Shown here piece after piece: positions 22,601 to 33,392 of a DNA stretch of 33,392 bases (positions are counted from its first letter, which is position 1; the number at the start of each line of letters is the position of its first letter). The DNA is from Bipalium vagum (taxonomy: Eukaryota), in assembly GCA_037834085.1 (NCBI GenBank), contig JBBMKC010227212.1:1-33392 (forward strand), read 5' to 3'. Position numbers and translations under genes: made by a program. Below the pieces are notes generated by a model. That model did not search any database, was not told the origin of the DNA, and saw only the letters and a list, made by a program, of their open reading frames with translations.

Positions 22601-24856
22601 CAGTTACAAATTAAATATTCTCATTTTTATGACTATATGCTATCTTATTTTTAATAAGTTAATCACGTATCAAATGAATTATTTATTAAAGTAATGTAAT
22701 TTTTCACATTTGTTAATTAATTGTAAAGTAAAAGAAATGAAAAAGCAATATATCAAACTCTTATATAGACCCTTTGGTCCTAGGGTCATTAGATAACCCA
22801 TAACCGGTACGCTCATAAACGCCCTAACAGCACAGGACTCATCGTTAGCTCTTGTCGCATAACAATAGGTACAAAATGAATAAATAAATATTCATCAATG
22901 TTTTCTTCGAATACGATTACAGGGTTCCTCCAACATACGATGGTTTTTTCGACGTACTATAAATGGCTTCAAAAAAATGATGCTGGTGGCAGTCCATTGA
23001 GGACTCCAATCTCTTTTATACTGATCAGACGACTACTCAGTCGTACACCAGTATTCTTAATCGCCGACTCTAATCTAATCTTGGAATTTCGAATATTGTC
23101 AAGATTCGAACATCAAAAAATTTTTTAAATAGTATTATTATATTATTCCAGATCCTTTAGCGGTCTTTATAATTTGAAAGATGTGTATTTTGTTAACCAA
23201 AGATTTACAATAAAAGTAAGAATTTCGAGTAATCATAAATTTTATATAAATATTAATATTATTGTCTGAATGATTTTAATATATATATATGGTTGCGGAC
23301 TGGTTTTTGTGCAACTCCAACAGTGATGAACACGTTGCAAAATGAGTTTTAAGTCACCCCGTGAGATATGTTTTAGGAATTCTGAAGATGACTTTGCCCT
23401 GAACAGGTTTTTCAAAAGTGGCCATTAGATTTAAAAAGAAGTTCACAATCATGATTTCTATCGACTTCGATCATGGGTGGGTTATCTTTTTCGTGGATCT
23501 ACAAAGATCTGCTCCCATTCCGTTGGACCCTAGGCTCTCAAATTATTTGACTTCCACTATTATAATATTCAAGTTCCCTTGATAGAAGCTTCTTAAGGCC
23601 ATTCATATCATCTTATTGTGTATAAACTTTGTGCAAGTGAAATAAATTAAATTGTATCATAAAGGAAAAGTGATGAGATTTCGTTTTGCAACTCATTAAG
23701 CTTTGACTCCACTGCGGCTTAGTATAAGAAAACGTGCATTTACTTAAAACGTAAACCATTATATATTAGTAATTTATCCCAATAAATATTTTTTATTTTG
23801 TTGCTTTTCATATCCAGGAATTACTATATTCTTTGTAAGTTAAATTTGAAGCTCTTCCTAACGTTTTGTGCTCTAATTGTTTCTTTCCTTCTTTATTAAA
23901 TTATGAACTTTCATCTGATCTTAGCTATATTTTTTAAAGGCCGTCTCAATCATGCAGATGTTCTTTTCCTGTGTCCACTTTTTAATACATGGCTCAGCTC
24001 GAACCATTTGATTACTAATTAGAGTGAGTCAAAATAATTTATGTTTTATAAGACTTTAAAATGAAAGACCAAAAATAAAAGTTTTGTATCATTTATTCAT
24101 CAAAAAATAAATCACCACATATGTGAACAAGTTCTTAGTATCAATCAACTCAACCCAACCTAAGTCCAAAATCAAATACCTTATCAATTTCAAAACTATA
24201 TTAAAAAATCGTGATTTTATTCATTTTGTGATAATTATTAATTCTTTTTAATAATAAATAACAAAAATAACTTACGCTGTTTTATTTGAAACGGGGGTGT
24301 CGGTGGAGAATCTGTGGTTCTGAAAAGGAGATAATAGTAATAATAAGATCTTACCGATGGTGATTAACTGTTTTAGATAATCTGAAAATAAAGTAAGTTA
24401 AACAAAGAATAAATTTTATTGATATCTTGATTGATATTGAAAGAAGTAAATGGAGGTCTTATGACCTTTTAAAATTTAATAATAGAAAATAAAATAGGAA
24501 TTATGTATATATAAAAACTAACAATAATAATAAAATCACCACAGGATAAGAAAATAAAATTAAAAATATTAAAAACAGCATTATAAGAATGAAATAGTAA
24601 TAATAAATAAGAGAAAAGTTGAGAAGACGCTAGTTAACAGGAATAACTTGAATTTAAAATAATATAATGAAGTCAATAAAAAAGCAAATACAGAAAATTT
24701 TCACAAATTTCAATTCGGCGTTTTTGTGTATTCAGATTATGCAGTAAATTATGGCAGCAACTACTGATCCTTCAAAGTTCATGTAAATGTATGAAAGGCA
24801 GTTAGTTGTCCTTTGTGGGGTATCACTGTTCTTTTGTAGTCTGAATTGATATATTG

Positions 24857-24964
24857 ATCTTTCCCCCTCACTTCACATATATTTCTTGCTGCATCTATTG
24901 CTTTCCTGTTTTTTTTCAAGTAATGTCTCAGAATGACTCTGATTTCGATTGGTAAGTAGCTCAT
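24857..24964 (-). mobile_element. Mariner transposase N-terminal (HTH) fragment
   Basis: MSYLPIEIRVILRHYLKKNRKAIDAARNICEVRGKD matches the mariner N-terminal IR..L.....G..A.EAAR.IC.V.G.D pattern; similarity ends after ~36 codons. Confidence 0.8.
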
Positions 24965-25476
24965 TTTGAAAGTAAATATCTAAATAAAATTTCAAAATAA
25001 ACACACATTTTTTAATATTTAAAAATTAGAATAATATATAATATCAATTAATGATTATTTCGATATTTGAAAGTTAATATACTTTAAATATTTCATAGAT
25101 AAAATTTTTTTGAAAAGTTATTTTTTCATCTGCTTTTATATCTTGTATTTCTCTTTCAAAAATTAATAATGTTTTTGATAATTCTAAGGTATTTACTGTT
25201 ATTAATGAAGAAAAAAAAATTATTTACATATTTTGCAATTTTTGGGCTTAATGAAATTACTCTTTAGTTTTATAATGCAATCCCAATAATTAATTGTTTA
25301 ATTGTTATTTTGATATATTTATAACTTTATTTTTATTTTCAATTTATATTTTTATTTAATTTTTCAATTATTTCTTGTTTTTTAATTCTTAAATTTGATT
25401 TTTAGAAATATTTTGTTTGGAATGATTATGGTAGTAAATATGAGAATAATTATTTTATATTTCATTTTAACAAGTA

Positions 25477-26764
25477 CGGGTTACATGAAAAGTTATGAAA
25501 GCAATACCTATAAACTAGTAAAAGAAAAAAGAAAAAATTTCTGTGGTATTTTAATACGAAGGTGTTGCTTGGTATCATTCTTTTTAAAGATAAGTAGAGC
25601 ATTAACGCAGAACTTAACGAAACAATGTTTCAACATTACACATGAAAATTTTGTTTAAATCAATTACCATTATTGTTTGCACATGTTTGAATTTGATTTG
25701 TCATGTATTATTTTTAGTATGGAAAAAATATATCGCAAAGTCATCAAAAATTTTGTTTCTAGATGTATAAAACATATCAGAAATTCACAGTGAATTGGTA
25801 AAAGTATCAGAACAGTTTGCTAATTTAATTTTTTATTGTCTATCGATGAATTTTGAAATTCAAAAGAATCGAACTGACATCGAAGATAATGCACACAGTT
25901 AACGTCCTAAAAGTTCCTCAGCACCGGAAATTATTGGATAAATTCATGAAATGATACATAAAGATCCAGGTGTGACTTTACGTGGAATTATTGAAAACTT
26001 TTTATCTGAGACGGATAAGTTTGTCATATAATAAAAGATGTCGTAATCAAAGTTTCTATAAAGTGATGCACATACTTAAACGTTTCAGTAAAAGTTCTTT
26101 ATAAAGAAAATTTGTCAATACCATTAAGATTTTTTATTTTAAAAATGTACTTTATTCTTCGTTTCATAACAATGTACGAGATTTGGATTAATCACCAATA
26201 TCCTAATTTGAGTCGAGAACGTTTGTGAAACTGAATTTTTATTTTCAAAGAGAATAAACGGTTTTAAAAGATTTCAAAGGTATTCTGGTAACAAATAATG
26301 TTGAAAAAGACAAAATTAGTACCTCTGAAAACTATACAAGGCTATTAGATATAAGTTAATTTGCCTTTTGTAAACCAGGTCTTTTTTCGCAAATCATTGC
26401 ATCTAACTATCAAGATAATGTATTTACCCACACAAGTAAAGGCAAAAATCAAATAATTAAATTATTATTTGCTTGAACAATCATCTTATTCACCAGATTT
26501 GGCTCCAAGCGACATTTACCTTTTTAGAAATCTAAAACATTGTTTATGGAGAAACTTTTATCATCAAATGAAGAAGTTATGGCAGTCGAAGACCAGAATT
26601 TTACAGATCTTTTGGAATTTCACTTCAAACATAGTGTAGAATTATTGAAAAAGAACTTAATTAAGTTTGTTGAATTGTTTGGAGACTATGTTCAATAATA
26701 AAAACAATTTCAATAAAATAGATTACGTTTCATTTTTCGCTTTCATATCTTTTCATGCAACCTA
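25477..26764 (+). mobile_element. Full-length defective mariner element (1288 bp) with 26-bp TIRs and TA TSD
   Basis: Left TIR cgggttacatgaaaagttatgaaagc (25477-25502) and the reverse complement of the right TIR, taggttgcatgaaaagatatgaaagc (26739-26764), are 22/26 identical, and both are flanked by TA. Decayed transposase from ~25719: MEKIYRKVIK, IEDNAHS*RPK, RFITMYEIWI (ITxDETW), YSPDLAPSDIYLFRNLK, GDYVQ*. Confidence 0.95.
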
Positions 26765-26989
26765 TAAAAATGAAAATAAAAATACATTTATTTAAATTAG
26801 AATAATTCAAAAATATTCTATTCTTAACCATTAACTATTAAAAATTATTTTACTCATATCAAGCAAAAGATATTATCTGTTTGTTAAAAATAATAAAAAT
26901 CAAATTGACTCATTAGAAGTAGTAAGTTTTAACAAAATATTTATTAAAGTTTCACCTGCTAAAACATTTAAAGTAGGACAAGATAATTC

Positions 26990-27812
26990 CTTTCCAGTTT
27001 CTTTTGATTCATTTTACCTTCAAAATAACGAAAATAATTGGATTCTATCTGTTTTTCTTTGAGCAAAGTGAACATAACGAGCTTTCCCATCGACGATTTT
27101 CCAGTTCATTTCAAACAAAGCTCTCAAGGTTTCTCATTGTTGACGAACGATATAAATCTGATTTTTTAAAGTCCTCTTTTTTATCACATCAGCTGTCACT
27201 GACAATTTCACCAAATAGTTCAAAAACTCTTTCAAGCTCTTTCAGTTAGGTCAGTAAAATAGTTGTTGATGAAACTATTTTTAAATTCGTCGCTGTTTTT
27301 ATTTATATCAATTCAAGGAATGAACTTTGGCCCTTTATAATGTTTTCACTGTCCACCTCAATTGCTTTCTATGTATTCTCTTCGCACTTGTATTGTACGA
27401 AAATAGAGCCTCTGGACTTTTGATTATTATCCGTACACGAAATAATTTCACCAAAATGAGCGAAAGTATGATATATCTGAATATCCGTAATTGATGGCTA
27501 AAGATTAATGATGAATGTGATAGCATCACTTGATATGGAAGCACAGAAACTATTCTCCGATCCCATAATTCTCCAGTTTACATCAAGTATCTTGTGTAGA
27601 TTAAGTTCTTCAATGGCATGCGTTGCATCTTTCTCATTTCTAAAGTTCACAAAACCATATTTGAGAAATTTACCACTGCTGACGTCGCGACAGACTCGGA
27701 TAGATATTATTTTTTCAAATTGTCGGAAAAGATCATGGAGAAAAGTTACATCTACACTCGGATGAGGATTTCCAACATATAGACTTGCATAATATGAGTT
27801 TTTATTTGTCAT
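26990..27812 (-). pseudogene. PABPC: Cytoplasmic poly(A)-binding protein pseudogene (RRM1-RRM3), intronless
   Basis: RRM1: ASLYVGN..SIRVCRD..LKYGFVNF..DATHAIEELN..RIM. RRM2 after a TAG: FIINL*PSITDIQIYHTFAHFGEIISC-DNNQKSRGSIFVQY..*KAIE..KFIP. RRM3: FKNSFINNY..VFELFGEIVS..EMNWKIVDGKARYVHFAQRKTDR. Multiple stops and frameshifts. Confidence 0.85.
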
Positions 27813-27979
27813 TTCTTAACTTTTATTTTTTCTAGAATTTTTAAAGCTCTATTTAAACAACCAATTCGAATTTTTCCTCAAAAAAAGTTTATTTTATTAA
27901 TTTGGATATGAAATTAATTTCTTTTAAAATTTAAAATTGCTTGTTTTAATTGTAAACTATTATAATCTTACAGGCTTGT

Positions 27980-28150
27980 AATTACTAATAATTTTGCAGG
28001 TTTCCCAACTTGTTATGACATGTATGATGTTCTTTCACACATTTAACATATATAATTCTGTCACAATCCCTTTGAATAATGCCTTGATCTACGTGGTTAC
28101 CATGTCTTTTATTTCTGAGTGTATGCTGTTGATATGACCTATATTTTGGT
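27980..28150 (-). mobile_element. Possible LTR-retrotransposon integrase zinc-binding remnant
   Basis: Fragments HGNHV / KGL*QNY..V*KNIIHVITSWETCK resemble the HHCC region (H.G....Y...V..C..C); heavily decayed. Confidence 0.25.
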
Positions 28151-29547
28151 TTCACTTAAGGCAGTTTTTCCTCTTTGGATATTTTGGCTTCTACGGAGTA
28201 CTGCTCCTAGGTTTCTGCAATTAAATTAATTTACTACATCTCTGCAATTTCGTACTATGTTCAAGTTATCTTTCAGTTCATCCTTTACTTTTGTTACTCT
28301 TAAAAATATATTGTTTAACTTTAAACTCAAGATTTCACTGACTCCTCACCCGGATTTATCAGTGTGCTTTTTTAACTTTTAATCGGATTAAGTACAATAA
28401 TCTTTACAAATCAAAATAATCCCAATTCTCTTTACTCAAAGTAAATGAAAATAATCACAGAAAACTTTAGTTACAACACACTGGCAATTTAACCGTCAAA
28501 CTAAATCATTATATCAAACACTCAGCACAGGCTATTAAGAATAAAAGGATCAAGATAATAATGATAGTGACAAAAACACACCATTATATCATTATTTCGA
28601 AATAAAACGATCACTTAAATTCTCAATATAATGTTCAAAAACACCAATCAATAGAATAATCTATAAATTTTTCAAAATCACAAATTGATAATTTATTAGT
28701 AATTATTTAATTATAAAAAAATATTAATTCAGGCAAAAAGAAGATTGAACACAAAAAAATGGTCATCTATACATAAAAGACACTCAACGTCTGCTCAAAA
28801 CTTGAAAATCAAAAAAATTAGAACAAGTGTTGTATCAAAGATATATACATTTTTAGTCTATTAAAAAATAACTTTATTTTTCGAATACACACTTTTCAAT
28901 AAACATTCTGAACAAAGAAATTTAATTATAATACTATTTCAATATAAGTTTCGATCTTTTCATTCAGATCTTATTCAGTCAATTTTTATATTCTTTTCAA
29001 TTACCTTCAAATGACATCAAATTTATGATTTTTTCATAAATTCTCTTTATAATTAAAAGATAAAAGTAAAAAGAAATTATAAATATTTTAAATTCAAAAA
29101 TTATTTTTAAAAATCTCCAGAAATATTAATTAAGGAAAACATTAATCATCTATTGATTTCTGTTCTCTTCATTTTTCGAATTAGTTTCTGATTTTAATCT
29201 TTTTGATTAGGAATGATTCACTGATTTTTCTTTCCTCGTTATTAGCAAATTACTAAACAAAATTTATGTTTATTCGCATATTTCCGTCTTTTTTGCAACT
29301 TCAATGATCCAACATTTTATTTGTCCTACTAATTTGAAATGGTCAATAATACTGGTCTACAGCTTTTTGTATCTGAGATACATCTATATTTTTCTGAAAC
29401 TACTCTTAAAATCATGAATTTTGGTATATAAATTATAATCATGACACATCTAGATCTTGAAAAAAATTAAAATATATAAAATAAAAAATTACCATAAAAC
29501 TTAATAAATTGGCTTAAATATTCTCTATTAATGAGTACTTATTGAAA

Positions 29548-29870
29548 ATGCTAAGAAACTGCAAGAATAAACCTAGCAATTTCTGTTACGTTTGTGGTTC
29601 TTTCACAACATTAGATCAGAAAAAAGCTGACGTGTGAAATTAGGCATAACGTTAATTTTGGATGTGAAGTGGGAGAGCAGGATAAGAACTGGGTGCCTCA
29701 CATAATTTGCTTATCGTGTTCTACCTCGTTGACAGGGTGGTTTCCTGGGAAAAGAAAATGTGTGCCGTTTACATTAAAGATGATCTGGACAATTCCTTTT
29801 GATCATTCAACAGACTTCTACTTTGCATGACTAAAGTGACTGGTATAAACAATTATAATTCAAATTTTCA
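29548..29870 (+). mobile_element. DNA transposase N-terminal zinc-finger fragment, CMC/Chapaev3-like
   Basis: MLRNCKNKPSNFCYVCGSFT..FGCEVGEQDKNWVPHIICLSCSTSLTGWFPGKRKCVPF..MIW..P.DHSTD.Y.CMTKVTGIN is a strongly conserved invertebrate transposase N-terminus. The superfamily name is from memory. Confidence 0.75.
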
Positions 29871-29962
29871 GGTGACGTTGCGTCTCCTTTATGTATAGAT
29901 GACAACACTAATGACATTGAAATGTATATATAAATATATATCTTAAATAATTTTTTCTTCCT

Positions 29963-31030
29963 TCAGAGTGGACTATAAATTATTTTCCTATTTAGAAATT
30001 GAATAATAAAGTTTTATTGAAAATTTGAATTTTCTAGAGATTAATAAATTTTAAATTCTTGGAAATTTAATATGGAAAAATATACGATAGAGCAATGAAT
30101 AAAAATTATCGAATTCTAATAATCAAAACATCATTTTAACAAAAAATAATATATTTCAAAATCAGAAAATTATCAACAATATCAGCAATACCTAACCTGG
30201 TCAAGTATTTCCAACAACAAGATTCTGTTACGACCCGGTAGACCAATTTCAGTACATTCTCAGAAAATTGTTGTTTGGGTACAGAAGAATGTCCTAGAAG
30301 ACTCGATTATCTACTAAAAGAATTGTCGATAATTTGAAGTTTCAAGAACTTCTTTGCAGCGCATACTTAAAGATTTAAAATTGCACTCGTACAAAATCAA
30401 AATAGTTCAAAGGTAACTCAATAAATTATAAGCAGTGAATAAACTATGCGATTTTAATTCAAGATATGGGTAGAAAAAACAGCAGCGTTATTGAAAATTT
30501 AATTATGCGAGCTTAATCGCATTTTCACATGAATGGCTATTTTCAATAAGTATCGAGAATCTGAAGAGTATTCATTTACATAAATTGTATCTTCTTAAGA
30601 TATCAATTTGGTGTGACCTAACATCTGGGAAGATAATCAGCCTTCCATTTTTAGGACGAAAAAGGAAATGCACTAACAGTCAGAGTCAATCAATATCGAA
30701 AAATATTGTAAATTTTTTGGTATTCAGAAATAGAGGAATTATCAGAAACATTAGGGAAATAAGATGGCGATACTGCTCACACTAGCAGAATTCTGAAGCA
30801 GTTTTTGTAAAGCTAATAATTTCGTGAGATTCAGATTTTCAATAGCCTGCACGTTTACCTGACCTAAATGCACGTAACTTTCTTTCTAAGCTACCTGAAA
30901 AATTAGATGCAATCTAATAAACCCAGAACTATCCAGAAGCTTAACTTCAGGAACTCCACAAATTTTAAATGACATAAGAGATCAGTTGGTATTTGTTACA
31001 CAAACAAATATATTTTAATCGGAATAAAAC
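29963..31030 (+). mobile_element. Decayed Tc1/mariner element, rosa/DD41D-like
   Basis: From ATG 30072: MEKYTIEQ*IKIIEF; SRTSLQRILKDLKLHSYKIKIVQ; HFHMNGY; KISIWCDLTSGKII; *DGDTAHTS; DFQ*PARLPDLNARNF (WPARSPDL..DFF). The D-D spacing cannot be counted because of indels. Ends approximate. Confidence 0.85.
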
Positions 31031-32139
31031 GTATTCATTTATTTTTGCGTTTGTAAGGATTAAAATTTTAATTAATATTAAAAATAAAAAATAATTTATA
31101 AATATTTTTAAAATAAATTTTACTGTAATATATTAAGATTTAATCCTTAATGTAAAATAAATGTTTTGAAAAAATTTTAATAAATATAAAGTTTTCATTT
31201 TCAAAATTAAAAAGTTAAGTTAATATTAATAAAAATTTTAGATAATTAATTTGTTAAAATAAATAATACAAATAAAACACTTATTCAATTTTTTTCATAG
31301 AATAAACATTATACTCAATCTTGACTTTATGAATTCAGAACGTGTTGATAACGTAGCAGTGACTAACATGGTGACCAGACCAGGACTAACAGTGTTGAAT
31401 TTTATTGTGAAGTGTTTGAATCTTCTGGAGACAGATTCTAAATTAATTTAAAATCTATTAGGAGGCTCATTCTGTAATAGTACTATAGAGCTAAGTAAAT
31501 CAGCGAATGGTAACAAGGTATTTTGCTATTGTTTGTATGAGGTAAAATGGATCGTTTAACAGACAAAGCTTTTCAGAGTAAAACATGACAACCTTAACAT
31601 TTATAAAATGCTTAAATTAAAAATATAAGGCATTTTGAACCCTTTATATATATAGAATGGTTTTAAAGACTATTGATGTATTAAATATTCCCAGATATAA
31701 GGATTCTGAACTTGCACACCAATTTTGACGCAATTGGATTAGTCATAATCTAAATAATTTTTTCATATTGGTTACATACATCGTCAACATATGTAAGGCA
31801 AGGGGGTTCATGTACTAAATTTATCAGACAATCATCTGGAACACTAGTTGTGTGGAGAATTCAAAGCAAGAAATTGACTCAGAGCTATTGTAGTTATGAA
31901 AATAATAAATAAATAACCCAATAATACAACTGTTAAGATCCTAATGGTTATAGATGATGGAGCTTATTAGGTCTTAACGGCGAAGGTTGCTTTATATTAT
32001 TGTTGGGAAAATATATAAAATAATAGTGCTTGGATCGAATGACTAAATCGAAATCAATTTTTTCAAAATTATATTTTATATCAAAAAGGAATTTTAAAAA
32101 CGCGAGTGATCGTCCTTGATGTATTTTATGGAGAATTAT

Positions 32140-33385
32140 TATTTTAGGGTTAGCTTTTAGTTTGGGGTTAAACAGCCCTCTCGCTCTTAGGCTCAGAGGT
32201 CCTCGAATAGGAAAAACAATTTAACTCATCGCCCTACTTAGCGTGTGAGTTAAAAACAAGAAAACAGAAACAGAAAAAGGAATGGGAAAGTAAAAAATTA
32301 GATGATTCTCAAATCCTGGTCTGAGTATTTATTTATTTATGTTATTAAAATCAAATCTTGTTTAGTCTACAAAACAAGTCTGATTAAAAATTGAGTTAAA
32401 GCTTTAACTAAAAATGATTTAAAAACTTTGTCCTAATTATAAGACAAGTAATGACAATTATATTAAAAATCGATTTGGAAATTCTTATAATTTAAAAGTA
32501 CGAAAAATCAAATTCAGTTAAGTTAAAGCTTTGTCTTAACTATAAGACAAGTAATAAATGATTTTATTATAAAACGAATTGAAAAAATTGTTTAGAATAA
32601 AATAAAAATAAACTTTATTTAATAGGGAATAAATAAAAATCAGGATTGGAGTGTAGACTGATCGTAGGTAGTTGCGAATTAAATCTGGATTTGAGTATGA
32701 ACTGATCGTAGGTAGAATTTGTTTCTAACGTGGCAACTGGTTCTACTGTTTTTATAGGATACATTGATGCTGGTTCTTGAATAATTGATGGTTGATGTCA
32801 GTGTTAAGTTCCTAAAAGGAAGGATGATTTTGTAAAACTCAATAGGGCTTTTAGGTCACTAAGGCTACTAAATTTTATATTTTTTATTTTTATTATTTTT
32901 TTTTTATTTTATATTTTCACAGAAATTTTAATAATAATAATTAAGAGAAAGTCTTCTGATAATCAGCCACAAAGCTTTACAAAGTAAAAACAGAATTAAA
33001 AATGTTTATTAAAATCATAACATTTTTTAATCAAATAAAAATTAGTAAACAGAAAAATTAGATATTGTAAATGTTAAAAAATGTCTATTGTGGGATGCTC
33101 CACATCAGCTCAAAATATAGATCTTGATGATTGATGGTTGAAGTCAGATCGAATGATTACTTGTCGATAATAACGTAGTTATCTCGTTTAATTAATGTCT
33201 TTTTGTTTCTGCCTTTTTTCTAATTTACAGGGCTTGTATATTATTTTATTTATATTAAAATTTATTTTTACTTATTATTAATTGCTAAATATACACTTAT
33301 TATATTTTTTACACTATTTTTAATTTTTATATCTTTTTTTTTGTTTTTAGTAATTTATTTTTGTATTTTTTAATTTTAGTAACTA
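32140..33385 (+). repeat. Composite LTR-like repeat region with internal duplications
   Basis: Shares a 15-mer with the 17836 LTR and a similar T-rich end (ttttagtaac). Duplicated units: tttgtc(c/t)taa(t/c)tataagacaagtaat at ~32428 and ~32530, actgatcgtaggtag at ~32657 and 32701, attgatggttga(t/a)gtcag at ~32784 and ~33130. It contains copy 2 of the 7141 repeat at 32802. Confidence 0.45.
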
Positions 33386-33392
33386 CGTTATT

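Noticed and set aside
31330-31560. Minus-strand IKFNTVSPGLVTM resembling a short-chain dehydrogenase, and plus-strand VLNLSDNHL (~31810) resembling an LRR
   Set aside because: Single short motifs without the supporting YxxxK/Rossmann motifs or further LRRs.
32140-32172. TTAGGG-like telomeric sequence
   Set aside because: Only isolated degenerate hexamers, no array.

Overview
Very AT-rich eukaryotic, probably invertebrate-animal, genomic DNA that reads as a graveyard of decayed mobile elements and pseudogenes; the host cannot be named from this window. The main structure is missed by the ORF track because it is frameshifted: a ~5.1 kb minus-strand block (~8.16-13.25 kb) of a degraded Polinton/Maverick (adintovirus-like) endogenous virus. 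It holds collinear remnants of a packaging ATPase, a penton/minor capsid protein, a membrane-hairpin protein, a fibre-like protein and a small basic protein with an LRGG adenain-type cleavage motif. Next to it is a reconstructable ~400-codon orphan ORF broken by a tiny poly(A)+TSD insertion. Also present are a long intronless, divergent GSK3-like kinase ORF and a PABP (RRM1-3) pseudogene. Transposon remnants include one full-length dead mariner with TIRs and TA TSD, two more mariner fragments, a rosa/DD41D-like element, piggyBac and Chapaev3-like fragments, and a solo LTR with a 4-bp TSD. All family assignments come from manual translation and motif recognition, not database searches.
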